Shown in pieces: positions 1 through 9,948 of a stretch of DNA of 64,000 bases. The stretch is from positions 64,001-128,000 of IMG/VR virus record IMGVR_UViG_3300010413_000018, one strand, 5' to 3'. The notes beneath the pieces were generated by a model. That model worked only from the letters and a program-made list of their open reading frames with translations, ran no database searches and was not told the origin of the DNA. Source of the stretch: a virus. How positions within the stretch are numbered: the stretch's first letter is position 1; the number at the start of each line of letters is the position of its first letter. The translations under genes and the position numbers were made by a program.

Positions 1-229
1 CCGGAATACCGGGGATGTAGCCGATGAACCATGCAATAGCTGGCTGGACAGGCATCGTTTTACGAAGCCACCATAGCATTTCGCCAAGCCACGGTTTCGA
101 CTTTTTGTATTTCAGAATGTTGGCTTTGGTGTAAACCGACGCTTTAAGCGCTTGCATCAACACGGCAAAAAGTAGCATTACAGCTACGAACGGCCAGTGC
201 GGCATTACTTGGGCTAATAGATCTTCCAT
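1..229 (-). CDS. Holin-like membrane protein, runs off the left edge (partial)
   Basis: Not in the ORF track. My translation from ATG at 229 (preceded by AGGAG) is MEDLLAQVMPHWPFVAVMLLFAVLMQALKASVYTKANILKYKKSKPWLGEMLWWLRKTMPVQPAIAWFIGYIPGIP..., with hydrophobic helices. It lies downstream of the tail genes. Confidence 0.5.
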   Translation of the reverse strand, partial: MEDLLAQVMPHWPFVAVMLLFAVLMQALKASVYTKANILKYKKSKPWLGEMLWWLRKTMPVQPAIAWFIGYIPGIP

Positions 230-243
230 TACATTCTCCTGGT

Positions 244-846
244 TTATGGTGTTATTGCTATTCCTAATTTTTTCTCAACTTGCTGGACTAGTCTAGTGAA
301 TAATCCGTTTTCTCCCCAATATTCTGCTTTTTGATGATTATGGTCTGTGTCGCCGTTGCGTTCTTGGCCTGCGATGTAATGCACTAATTCGTGAATATAG
401 TAATGGAGGAATTCCGGTGCTCCTGATTCATTCCATACTTTGTAATTTACTGCAATTATAAATGAATCTAGTGCAGACTCATCATAAGTCAACATAGCAG
501 TATCCGCGTATGAAAGTGACCCATCCGGACTTATGTTATTAAAAGCATCCCAACTGCTAGCTGACGCCGAAACCCACATTGTTATCGATTTCAATGCGGT
601 ATGTTGCTCTTTTGTATAGTAATAAACTACAGAGTTCACTTTGAGAAGTGTTTGAGGCGCTACTGCTACACGGCTTACGTTGGCAGATTTTTCCATTAGA
701 AAGTCAATAACGAAGCCTTCAGTATTATCCGTGTACCAATCGTATTCCGTGTGATCTTGAATATATTCGTCGGCTGGACTGTAATAGCATGCGCTAAACA
801 ATATACTGATTATCCAAATTACTATTAGTAAGTTTAAGTTTTTCAT
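244..846 (-). CDS. Lipoprotein with HExxH zinc-metallopeptidase motif
   Basis: Start refined to MKNLNLL (846). Signal peptide with lipobox LFSAC; HELVH followed by DHNH...YW. Confidence 0.6.
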   Translation of the reverse strand: MKNLNLLIVIWIISILFSACYYSPADEYIQDHTEYDWYTDNTEGFVIDFLMEKSANVSRVAVAPQTLLKVNSVVYYYTKEQHTALKSITMWVSASASSWDAFNNISPDGSLSYADTAMLTYDESALDSFIIAVNYKVWNESGAPEFLHYYIHELVHYIAGQERNGDTDHNHQKAEYWGENGLFTRLVQQVEKKLGIAITP

Positions 847-868
847 ACTGGTTTCTTCCGTGCATTTA

Positions 869-2209
869 TTAAAAACCACACATTACAGGTGCAATTTTTG
901 TGTGAGAAATACGTATTCTTACATGCGCAATTTGATCAAAGTTTGTGCCGCCATCGTTTCCGGCAGTAATTAGTAGTCCATAAAATTTGGCGCTTGTTGG
1001 TGTTACGGATCCTGAAACTGTAATTAATTGTTTATTTGTCGTCCCGTCATCGTACGCGTCATTTATTACTGAACTATTAGTGACATACGGTGAACTAAAA
1101 TTTGGAGTTGTTTCAACAAGTTGGACGTGTACTCGATCCGTTCCGGTTCTAGTTGCACCTGGCTCTATAATCACATCAACATAAAGTGTAACTGCGCTAT
1201 CTAGCACTGGCGTTTGAAATTGAACGTACAGCTCACCACTGTTTACGCGTGAATACCAAGATCCATAATTCGATGGGTTTCGCCAAGCCGGCACACCAGA
1301 AGCATCCATGTACGGTAAAAAGTTTCCTGCAAGTACATGATCATAATTATGCGACGCATCGTATTCAAGTTCGACAGTAGTGGTTAGTCCATCGTCAAAT
1401 TGAGCGCTAGCATCAAATTGCGCGCCATTTTCAAATGTCGGGACGCTTGTAAAAACTGGAATGCTCCCACTTTCAAATGCCACGTCATCATTGAATGCGA
1501 CGTTGTTGTTGAAAGTATCTGTTCCAGTAAAAACGTTATTACCGGCTAATGTGGCGTTGCCGGTTGCATAAGTGTTTAACTGATCTAGCATTGCTTGCAG
1601 TGCATCTTGCATGCTTTTTTCTTTAATTGACAGTGGCGATCCGGTTAGGTCAAACGGCACTTGAGATCGAGAGTCATCAATGTCACTGTTTTGCACTTGT
1701 GTCATGCTGTACGTAATTAACACGTCAGCGAGTAAAATCTGATCTCCGCGTAGAGCTGGTTTGGTTGCGGTGCCGGTTGGTGCTTCCGTACCTTGTACTA
1801 CATTTATTTTGTAGGATTCAGCGTTATCGAAGAATACGGTCGCCCCAAAGCCGTCCGTTCTTGGGTCAGAAAGATTACGGTCGAACTCGGCAAATATGGA
1901 AAGGTACTTTTCATTGCCAGAAGTTCCAACGGCGGTAGCGGACCCGTTTTCGTCTATTGTGATATCAATGACTTGGGTTGTATTCCATGCTATTCGTTGA
2001 GCTGATTGATCATAAACTAAAGCCGGACCTTCGACGTCTACCGTTAAATTTGGAGTAGGGCTGTGTTCAGTTACTGCGGCGCCGTACACAATGCCAATGT
2101 ACTGGAAGCCTTCTAAAAATGCCGCGATCGCATTTTCTACTGCGTCAAACGCTGCGTCAAGTTCAGATTCTTTAACTTTTTGTAGATAGTAAAAATTGTA
2201 ACGATCCAT
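869..2209 (-). CDS. Tail fibre / baseplate-attached fibre protein
   Basis: Follows the baseplate genes. Central short beta-repeats (NNVFTGTDTFNNNVAFNDDVAF) are typical of fibre shafts, followed by a beta-rich C-terminal domain. Confidence 0.6.
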   Translation of the reverse strand: MDRYNFYYLQKVKESELDAAFDAVENAIAAFLEGFQYIGIVYGAAVTEHSPTPNLTVDVEGPALVYDQSAQRIAWNTTQVIDITIDENGSATAVGTSGNEKYLSIFAEFDRNLSDPRTDGFGATVFFDNAESYKINVVQGTEAPTGTATKPALRGDQILLADVLITYSMTQVQNSDIDDSRSQVPFDLTGSPLSIKEKSMQDALQAMLDQLNTYATGNATLAGNNVFTGTDTFNNNVAFNDDVAFESGSIPVFTSVPTFENGAQFDASAQFDDGLTTTVELEYDASHNYDHVLAGNFLPYMDASGVPAWRNPSNYGSWYSRVNSGELYVQFQTPVLDSAVTLYVDVIIEPGATRTGTDRVHVQLVETTPNFSSPYVTNSSVINDAYDDGTTNKQLITVSGSVTPTSAKFYGLLITAGNDGGTNFDQIAHVRIRISHTKIAPVMCGF

Positions 2210-2230
2210 TGTTCCTTCTTTCGCCCTAAA

Positions 2231-3991
2231 TTATGGCTCATGTAGGATAAAAGTTCCAGCACTTCCTCCGGCCGTTGTTGTGCCTAGTACAGAAATACCC
2301 AGTTCGACATGGTCAGTGGGAGTTTCTGGTGTTGGGTCTGTAATCATCACTAAATGTGTGTGAGCTGGTTTCATCAGCTCCACTATAGCGGTTATTCTTT
2401 CACGCTCTTCAGTGGTTAAAATTGTAGTTGGGCTATGAATGCTGAAAGAGTAAATTCCAGCTTGGCTTGGTCCGAGAATAGACGGCGTAGCTGCATCTAC
2501 TAGCGGCGCTCCTAATTCAGTGCCAGCTCCTGTAGTGTCGTCTGTAGAAGTCAGTACCCATCCGGTGTAATCATTGAATACATTAATTTCAACATCTATT
2601 CCTAGAAAGAAACGAATTACATCAATGATTCCGGCTGCGGTTCCTTTCAGCTTATAAATTCCAACTAACACACGGAGTAATCGCCGTTTATCAATTTCAG
2701 ACAGATCAAAGTCATCAAATGGATTTCCTAAGTCCGCCAGCATTGCGTCTAAAAAGTCTTCAGGCGCCGTATCAAGGTCGAGGATTTCAGTCCATTGGTC
2801 GACTGAAACTAGCAGTAAGTTTACAATTTCTTGAAAAATACTGATGAATAGTTCCAGCTCTTTATTTGCGTCTTCACTTTTATTAATACCAGGAATAAAA
2901 TCCCAAAGACGAAATCGGCGTCCGTTTGGAAACGGCGGAGAATACGCGTAAAAGTTAGATATGTTGTTGGGAGCAACAAACGCGTTGCCTTCTAGGTCTT
3001 CTACATTAGCAACTATCAGCATGTAAAGCGCGCCAAACGTTAACTCAATATCCGTGGTGAGATCTACTATACGATCGGAGTATTGGCTGACCGCTGTGAC
3101 TTCTACGCTGACTGCCGGTTTTGATAAGCGCTCAATTGTGTAGTTGCTAATGTTAAGCGCGTCAGCTGCACCCGAAGCACTTTCCATTGTTACAGGTTCA
3201 TTGAACGTAACGCGTAGAGTGTTTCCGTCCCGCCCTTGAACACTCGCTATTTGTGGAGCTTCGGTGTCTTCTGCGGTGAATGAATAAGTTTCGCTAAACG
3301 TCGGCGATGATAGCGCAACTTGTACTGAAACAATTTCAGTAGTGGTGAATTCATTAGGTGGTTCAAATTCAAACGCAAGTACGTCTGCAGCTGGGTTTGA
3401 ATGCGTGCCTAAGAAGCCATTCACGAAGTCAGCGCCATCCCACGCTATTACGCCACCGATAGTTACAACTAAGTCAGCATAATCGGGTGCGGTTCCATCG
3501 GTGGAAGCAATCTCAAAATAAATCAGTGAATCGCTAGGTATCCCAATTTGATTTGGTTCTGGATTCCGGTTGATTAAAACAACTGTGTCGTCAGCGTCGG
3601 TGCCGTTTACCGTTACGGAAGATCCGGCTCCAAAACCAAACATCACAACTATAGCCAACGTTCCGTTGGAAATAATTAATTCTGACGTAGTGCCATACAG
3701 ATCGCTGGTTATGCTTATTCCAGTGCTTTCTGCTACGGCCACTGCTCCGGTTAGTTGAGTGTTGATCGACGCAACTACTTCTGCAATTGTGGCCGCGCTT
3801 AAATCAGCAAACTGTGCTTCAGCGAAGGCTATGGTTTGCGCTGACCCTCCATCCACCGCAATAGTAAAGTTGCCACCGGATCCAAGATCAAACGGTCCTA
3901 ATTCATCTCCAGTACAAACCGCTTGCGTTGCGTTGAGTACATCTTCAACGACGTTGTCAACTTGGACGCTAGGTAGATTAATTAACGGCAT
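2231..3991 (-). CDS. Baseplate wedge protein (P2 gpI / tail_P2_I-like C-terminus) with N-terminal Ig-like domains
   Basis: C-terminal LDLDTAPEDFLDAMLADLG...YKLKGTAAGI...MKPAHT pattern; N-terminal beta-sandwich segments. Confidence 0.75.
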   Translation of the reverse strand: MPLINLPSVQVDNVVEDVLNATQAVCTGDELGPFDLGSGGNFTIAVDGGSAQTIAFAEAQFADLSAATIAEVVASINTQLTGAVAVAESTGISITSDLYGTTSELIISNGTLAIVVMFGFGAGSSVTVNGTDADDTVVLINRNPEPNQIGIPSDSLIYFEIASTDGTAPDYADLVVTIGGVIAWDGADFVNGFLGTHSNPAADVLAFEFEPPNEFTTTEIVSVQVALSSPTFSETYSFTAEDTEAPQIASVQGRDGNTLRVTFNEPVTMESASGAADALNISNYTIERLSKPAVSVEVTAVSQYSDRIVDLTTDIELTFGALYMLIVANVEDLEGNAFVAPNNISNFYAYSPPFPNGRRFRLWDFIPGINKSEDANKELELFISIFQEIVNLLLVSVDQWTEILDLDTAPEDFLDAMLADLGNPFDDFDLSEIDKRRLLRVLVGIYKLKGTAAGIIDVIRFFLGIDVEINVFNDYTGWVLTSTDDTTGAGTELGAPLVDAATPSILGPSQAGIYSFSIHSPTTILTTEERERITAIVELMKPAHTHLVMITDPTPETPTDHVELGISVLGTTTAGGSAGTFILHEP

Positions 3992-4389
3992 TATGCGGTC
4001 ACCAGTTCAAGTTTAATTTTTATCTCATTAGTGGATGGCGGTGTGTTGGCTAAAGCTAATGGTATGGCCATGTCGGTAAGCGTTCGCGTTATGTTGCTGA
4101 CTTCTATGGTTCTAATGGCGCGAGCAGTGCCATTTAGGCTTAAAGTTAGTTTCCAAGCATAGCCAGAAAGTAATGACGACGGCGGAACAATGCGTACGTT
4201 TACTCTAATGAATTTTGCTTCTGGGTCTAAAACTATATCTTGTTTAATTTGATGATAATCACCTAAACCCATACGCATTTCTTGGTTCAATGCGTGCCCA
4301 AGCTCATACGTGTACGATCCATCTGCAGCATAATCAGATGCTATGCGCCCTTGCGCCGTACCAATATCTAATGAAAATGGGCTACCCAC
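3991..4389 (-). CDS. Hypothetical virion/baseplate protein
   Basis: Coupled ORF in the baseplate operon; beta-rich. Confidence 0.5.
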   Translation of the reverse strand: MGSPFSLDIGTAQGRIASDYAADGSYTYELGHALNQEMRMGLGDYHQIKQDIVLDPEAKFIRVNVRIVPPSSLLSGYAWKLTLSLNGTARAIRTIEVSNITRTLTDMAIPLALANTPPSTNEIKIKLELVTA

Positions 4390-4401
4390 GATAATTTCCT
4401 A

Positions 4402-5133
4402 TTAAAGTTGCCTGGCTACCTCGATGTGGTCCACGTACGCTCGTCGGTTTGCGCCGTTACTATAAAATCCAAATCCGGCATATCCCGATGTGTACGGAGA
4501 CAATCCAGTGTTAACGCCTAGCGCGTCATCAATAAAACCTGCAATCGTTGGGTATTGGGCTCCTTCCATTCCTGAAATTAATGACCATGATGGCGCAGTT
4601 ACTGCGTTTACGGTTAAGTCATTAATGTATGCTTGAAGAATGACGTCTCCAGTGCCTTCCACGATCATATCGAGGCGAAGGTGCAGCCAAGTGTCTTCTT
4701 CGTACGCACTGGACGAACGCAATAAAATGCGCGGACTTAGATCTGGGTCTGGAGCAGCATCAGCTAAGCCTTCGCTGAGCGGTCCTTTACGTAGAATAAT
4801 GTGATGCGGGTCATTATCACCTAATCCCAGCATATACGCTGCATCAGAAACAGTAGCGCCTTGTAATCCAAGAAAAATGAATGGTGCGAACTCAGTAGCT
4901 CCGCCACCAGGCGCTCGTTTTATAGCCGCGCGAATACTTCCGCCTTTTGCCATTGGAGCGAAGTTAGCTTGATTGTTATTTAGGGCCACTACGCCTTCGT
5001 CGGTTTCAATACTGTTAAAACCGTACACAAAGCTACTTCCACCGTTAGGTTTAACCACGCCAGCAGTCACACCGCGCTTGATGTAAGATTGTGATAGTGA
5101 GTTAGTGATTACTGTCCAATCTGAGCTTGCCAT
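4402..5133 (-). CDS. Hypothetical beta-sandwich virion protein
   Basis: 243 aa, beta-rich, within the baseplate operon. Confidence 0.5.
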   Translation of the reverse strand: MASSDWTVITNSLSQSYIKRGVTAGVVKPNGGSSFVYGFNSIETDEGVVALNNNQANFAPMAKGGSIRAAIKRAPGGGATEFAPFIFLGLQGATVSDAAYMLGLGDNDPHHIILRKGPLSEGLADAAPDPDLSPRILLRSSSAYEEDTWLHLRLDMIVEGTGDVILQAYINDLTVNAVTAPSWSLISGMEGAQYPTIAGFIDDALGVNTGLSPYTSGYAGFGFYSNGANRRAYVDHIEVARQL

Positions 5134-5135
5134 TG

Positions 5136-5996
5136 CTACACTCCTGTTAATTCTTCAGTCCAGTATATTGCTGGATTGGCTTTTACCATTTTTGTTCCAG
5201 TGCCAACTGTAGTGAGGTCGACTGAACCGCTACCTTCTTCTGCTTCTACCTCAAACGTGTCGGTTGTTGCTGAAGCAATCCAATACGGTGTGTCTTCGTC
5301 TAGTCCTTCAGGCACTGAGCTTTCATCATCGTAAGCATAGAAGTAAACAATATCACCGTCTGAGAATCCATGCGCAGTAATCGTAATGGCATTACCGCTT
5401 GTGTCGACTGATTCTATTGTTTGGTCAAAAACTACTGATTCAAAGTTTTCATAGTTGTAAGTTGTAGCGGGATAATTAAAGGCAGCCATGGTGGGTGAAA
5501 AACTAGCGCCTTTAATGTATGAGTTTTCGTTATCTTTCCATCCTGCTTCAAATGCGTCGTATGTCGATGATCCGAACAATGCGCTAGACAAGTCTGCTGC
5601 TTCAAAAGCAAATATAATGGTGCCCCAATCTGATTCAAAGTCTTCGAAGTCTTCGGAATTAAATTCAGCATACTCTATTGAATCCAGGTCAAACGATCCT
5701 TGCGGTAGCGCCCAGTTGTTTTCGTAATCTTCAAAAATTTGTTGGCTTGGCCCGATGTCAAAAATTGCAAATTCATCTACTGTTGGGTCTAACGTAAAAA
5801 TCATTTCTTGGGTGAGATCGGGCCAACCCGTTTCAAATGTTTCACGCGGGTAGCCTTCATCTCCTGGATCTCCTGAATCTGAAAAAGCAGCGTATTCTTC
5901 TTCAGTTCCGTATTCAGTGACAGTCCAGTCCGCAGGTCGGCCGGTCGGTGCCGGTGACGTGGCTGCTGTTTCAAAACTGTTGTTATCTACACTCAT
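5136..5996 (-). CDS. Acidic virion protein with repeated F/Y-E-x-x-W motifs
   Basis: Repeats ETFETGW, EDYENNW, EDFESDW, DAFEAGW; C-terminal AHGFSDGDIV...TPYWI beta domain. Confidence 0.5.
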   Translation of the reverse strand: MSVDNNSFETAATSPAPTGRPADWTVTEYGTEEEYAAFSDSGDPGDEGYPRETFETGWPDLTQEMIFTLDPTVDEFAIFDIGPSQQIFEDYENNWALPQGSFDLDSIEYAEFNSEDFEDFESDWGTIIFAFEAADLSSALFGSSTYDAFEAGWKDNENSYIKGASFSPTMAAFNYPATTYNYENFESVVFDQTIESVDTSGNAITITAHGFSDGDIVYFYAYDDESSVPEGLDEDTPYWIASATTDTFEVEAEEGSGSVDLTTVGTGTKMVKANPAIYWTEELTGV

Positions 5997-7486
5997 ACTA
6001 GGTCAAGGCCAGTTTCTGCGTTTAAAATAGTTACGGTTCCCAAAATGGGAAACTCGTACGGTTCTACACTTAAATCGCTGGATTCGTCGTTGATCGTCAA
6101 AGATCCAGGACTGTCATTTATTTTTCGCACACCTGTCGTATCTCGTATTACATTGTAAATGTTACTATAGGCTAGTTCGTTGTCAATTTTATACCCAAAG
6201 TCGATGTTTTCATTGGTGCTACCGTCGCTGTTTTCTAAGTCAAAAAACGCTGCTAAGTTGGCGCGGATGGCCGCGTCTACTGTGGCTGCTGACGCTCCAG
6301 ATGATAGGTATACTGATACTTGAATATTAACAGTAAGATATGTCGGATCTTCCATGTTCACAATAAATGTAAGCGTGCATGGATACGTTTCGGTTACTTG
6401 CGTTTCAACCGCATCTTTTAGTGTTTGCGTAGGAGTTCCACTACCAGTAGGTACTACGTATAGTTCACCTTGGTTTTCCGGTATGGTTTCTCTTTCATTA
6501 CTGGTTAACATTAGCGCGCGTGCAACTCCGGATACTTTCAGTGCGTTAATTTCGAAGTCTTCACGTGCTACAGTTCGGTTTAACGTACGAAGAGACAATG
6601 GGGCAAGTTCGCGAATGCTCTCTACTGTTTGGCGATTAGCACCTCCAGACGCCGCTGAAAGGTTTGTAACGGATACTTGGACAGTTGTGCCGAACGAGTC
6701 CGTATACGCGCTGTCAGCACGCACTATAGTGCCAGGATTTACGTTCCCGTCAGTGCCACCACCAGTTTTGTAAGTAAAATTAATAGTTCCTTGTGGTATT
6801 GCTCCATTGACGTCATTTCCAAAGCGAACCGTAGCACGATCATTTTCATCAACCACAACCGTAAAGTGGCGATCTGTAGATTCCGAATCCAAGAAATCAT
6901 CTACTTGAGTGTACGCACCATTATCTGCTGAGATTGTCATTGAATCATCAAGATATGGAGAATCATCTAGTTGATATTCTTGGTTGGCTAAACTGTTGGA
7001 CGCTACTGATTGTGACGACGGGGAGCTGTTTTCTACTTCAAAAATAATTGATGGTGGATTAGTGCCAGCTGGAATTGTTACTGTTGATAGTGCTTGAAAT
7101 ACCACTGGGTTGGAAATCTCTTGAGTGCGAAATGTATCGCCAGCGTTGATCGTTACGCTTCCTGTGGGAACTGCCCCAAGGGTTAGGGTTAGTTCGGCGG
7201 TAGCCGCTGATGCACCTTGCGGAGTGTAGTTTACAAGCTTGGCTAGACCAAGCATTGTCTTTCTAAGCTGAGCCGTTGAAATTCGCGATTCGCGAGATTG
7301 ATTATCTTGATAATAAAGCAGTACATCACTGGTAAAGGCAAACAGCTCTAGCAAAATGTTTCCAAAATTAGCTATGTTAAAATCGGTCCAATCTGGAAAC
7401 GCAGAGCGCACCAGATTAATTAATCTGGAACGTATACTATCGAAGTCTTTATCAGTGTAGTCGAGGTTTGTCGGTAGAATAGTCAT
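5993..7486 (-). CDS. Baseplate J / gp47-like wedge protein
   Basis: N-terminal LDYTDKDFDSIRSRL...PDWTDFN...G; central VRFGNDVNGAIP; GGANRQTVESIR...RTVAREDFE. Confidence 0.9.
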   Translation of the reverse strand: MTILPTNLDYTDKDFDSIRSRLINLVRSAFPDWTDFNIANFGNILLELFAFTSDVLLYYQDNQSRESRISTAQLRKTMLGLAKLVNYTPQGASAATAELTLTLGAVPTGSVTINAGDTFRTQEISNPVVFQALSTVTIPAGTNPPSIIFEVENSSPSSQSVASNSLANQEYQLDDSPYLDDSMTISADNGAYTQVDDFLDSESTDRHFTVVVDENDRATVRFGNDVNGAIPQGTINFTYKTGGGTDGNVNPGTIVRADSAYTDSFGTTVQVSVTNLSAASGGANRQTVESIRELAPLSLRTLNRTVAREDFEINALKVSGVARALMLTSNERETIPENQGELYVVPTGSGTPTQTLKDAVETQVTETYPCTLTFIVNMEDPTYLTVNIQVSVYLSSGASAATVDAAIRANLAAFFDLENSDGSTNENIDFGYKIDNELAYSNIYNVIRDTTGVRKINDSPGSLTINDESSDLSVEPYEFPILGTVTILNAETGLDLV

Positions 7487-7488
7487 AG

Positions 7489-8004
7489 TTACTCCAGTTC
7501 GACTACAGTGTCGAGATCAGAAACCAGCACTTGGTTACTGCTTGAATTTTCGTCAACTAGATCATAATAAATGCGCGCTGCAAGTATATTTTCTCCCCCT
7601 CCAGTGCTGGATTGACGAGCTAATCTAATTTTGGTTATTCGCACCCATGGCGCCCAGTTAGTTATTGCATCAATAATGTAGCGACGTGCAATTTCTAGCA
7701 TTGCTGGTGAGTTTAATTTATTGCGTAAACGGTAAACTTTTGAACCAAATTCAGTTCTCCATGGTAGCTCGCCACCAGCAAATTCACTGTCACAGCGAGT
7801 TCCTAGTATTTGGCCAATCGCGCTAGCTACCAGGCGTGCACCAGTTGCGCTTACCCAATCAATTTTTTGTTCGCGGCTTAAAGGTCGAATGATTGTTTTA
7901 CCAATAAACGTCCCAATATTAAATTGGGCAGATCCCGGATCATCCGGGTCGGTTACCGGTAATTGGGCAGTCATTGGGTCTTCTAACAAATCCCATTCAC
8001 TCAT
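7489..8004 (-). CDS. GPW/gp25 family baseplate protein
   Basis: IGQILGTR...GELPWRTEFGSKV...AITNWAPWVRI pattern, immediately upstream of baseplate J. Confidence 0.85.
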   Translation of the reverse strand: MSEWDLLEDPMTAQLPVTDPDDPGSAQFNIGTFIGKTIIRPLSREQKIDWVSATGARLVASAIGQILGTRCDSEFAGGELPWRTEFGSKVYRLRNKLNSPAMLEIARRYIIDAITNWAPWVRITKIRLARQSSTGGGENILAARIYYDLVDENSSSNQVLVSDLDTVVELE

Positions 8005-8471
8005 GAAAAAGCTCCAGTAGTAACGTTTCCTGAAGTATCAACTACAGAAATATCAATTATTATTGGTGTGTTTAACCATCCTCCTGTACGTCGAATTACA
8101 AATCTATAACCGTCTGTGATTTCAACTCTAGATGAGCCGGCTAAAAATCTGGCTTGAAAATTATTGTCGCTCCACACGCATTCAGATGTACCGTCGTTGT
8201 ATCTAGCAATAATAAATACTGCGGCAATGCCTGTTTCATCAGTGACATCAAATTGCACTGGGTCAGTACGAGCTATATCAGTTCCTACAGCTGGGACGAA
8301 ATTATTAATAACTGGATCGGTTGAGTCTACGGGTGGAATATCAGGCGGTTCATAGACACCGAATGCGGCGTTTTCCGGTGCTTCGCGTGGTGGGTATACA
8401 GCGCGACTACCAGTGTATAATAAATCTGTCACTGGGTAGAGCACTGACGCTGAGCATTCGTAAGTAGCCAT
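8001..8471 (-). CDS. Ig-like virion protein
   Basis: DPVINNFVPAVGT...VQFDVTD...VVDTSGN Ig-like pattern. Confidence 0.5.
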   Translation of the reverse strand: MATYECSASVLYPVTDLLYTGSRAVYPPREAPENAAFGVYEPPDIPPVDSTDPVINNFVPAVGTDIARTDPVQFDVTDETGIAAVFIIARYNDGTSECVWSDNNFQARFLAGSSRVEITDGYRFVIRRTGGWLNTPIIIDISVVDTSGNVTTGAFS

Positions 8472-8474
8472 GGT

Positions 8475-9932
8475 TTATAATACTCGCCAAGTTCTAGTTG
8501 TTACGTTCACTCCCGGTGCGTCGCCTCCATCCCACGGAATAGCGAATTGCTGTCCGTCTATATCGGTAGTGCCAAAAAACGCAATGGTTTTTGCTGCGTT
8601 GGTGGTTTCCATCGGTAGGCCATAAACTAGGCTAAGTCTATCCGTTGGAACTTGCCCAATTAAACCAGTGTCGGATCCTTCACTTGCGATAATCACAATA
8701 GGTAGGCGGTCAAACTCTCCCCCCGATACCTGCATGTTTGGTTGCCAAGTTAAATTATGTAGTTCACCAAACCCTAGCATCGTAAATGTTTGCACTTTAT
8801 TTGCGGGAATGTTGCTTAAAAGACCACCTTCGTAGTATGAACTGGAATTGTAAGTACCTACAGCAGACCCTGCTGTTGTAAGCCCAACAACCGCGCTTGT
8901 TTTTTGCGCACATAGTAGATATGGATTTGTGATTGTCATCTCATTACGTGGTGTGTACACACCACCGAAGGTCATAAAATAATTTGACGGAGACCCTAAC
9001 GAACTGGTTTCAGAAGAAAAAATAACAAAAAAGTCTGCGTCACCAATGCACGTTACGCGATTATGGTCGTAATTCAGTGTATTAACCATAAGCATATTTT
9101 CTTTATTAGTAACACACGCTCCCGCTGAACCCATTGCTGTGTCCGAGCAACATCGATCAAGTACATGCAACGTTGACCCGCCGGCTGTCCACACAGTCGC
9201 CGCTTTTGTGTCGCTACCGTCATTGTTGGTTGTGCCAGCCCATGGGCTACCGCCGTCTTCGCGGAACGCCATTTGAATAGCAACGCCGTCGCCGCTTGTG
9301 GAATTATTGAACTTGGCGGGATTTCCCGGTGATGCGCCCCACGAGTCAGTGTAAGCCCATTGAAACATAACGTAAAGATCACTTGCTGACGCCAGCAACT
9401 TGTAAACGACAAATGCGTTTTCTCCGAATGGATTCGCGCCATCCATCCAATCGGTGCCAGTACCACTAGCACCATACTGCAGTGCAACACGCGCCGCGTT
9501 GCCAACCGTCACCATCCGCTCAAAAAACGTAAACATCACCTTAAATAGCGAAAACGCGCGTTGCTGATTGACGGTTTCGTAAACGTAGGCGTCGAGTATT
9601 CCGCAAAGTGTTCCTGACATAGCGTTTAGTAAAGCAACTGCAGATTGTTCACTTTGCTGATTAACGGCTTTATACCCTAGCTGGGCTACTTTCAGTTCTT
9701 GTGTAGATCGTTCTTCAGCGTTGGCAATTTGATTGGCTAGCGCGGTTAGCATTTCTTCAAGTTCGTGTATTTCAACTTTTTCTTGGGTTTCTTGCTTTGT
9801 GCGCAAGCGTGTTGCGATTTGATCTACAGTGTCAGCGCATCCTTTGTAGTAGGTCAGCTCACGTTGTTTTGCATTAATAATCAGCTCGAATGTAAGAGTT
9901 CCAGACGATAGTTTTGTTGGTTGATTTTTCAT
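8475..9932 (-). CDS. Hypothetical virion protein (N-terminal coiled coil plus beta-rich body)
   Basis: 485-aa ORF in the tail operon with SD-like AAGGG upstream. Confidence 0.5.
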   Translation of the reverse strand: MKNQPTKLSSGTLTFELIINAKQRELTYYKGCADTVDQIATRLRTKQETQEKVEIHELEEMLTALANQIANAEERSTQELKVAQLGYKAVNQQSEQSAVALLNAMSGTLCGILDAYVYETVNQQRAFSLFKVMFTFFERMVTVGNAARVALQYGASGTGTDWMDGANPFGENAFVVYKLLASASDLYVMFQWAYTDSWGASPGNPAKFNNSTSGDGVAIQMAFREDGGSPWAGTTNNDGSDTKAATVWTAGGSTLHVLDRCCSDTAMGSAGACVTNKENMLMVNTLNYDHNRVTCIGDADFFVIFSSETSSLGSPSNYFMTFGGVYTPRNEMTITNPYLLCAQKTSAVVGLTTAGSAVGTYNSSSYYEGGLLSNIPANKVQTFTMLGFGELHNLTWQPNMQVSGGEFDRLPIVIIASEGSDTGLIGQVPTDRLSLVYGLPMETTNAAKTIAFFGTTDIDGQQFAIPWDGGDAPGVNVTTRTWRVL

Positions 9933-9948
9933 GTTTCCCTTTAGTTTA

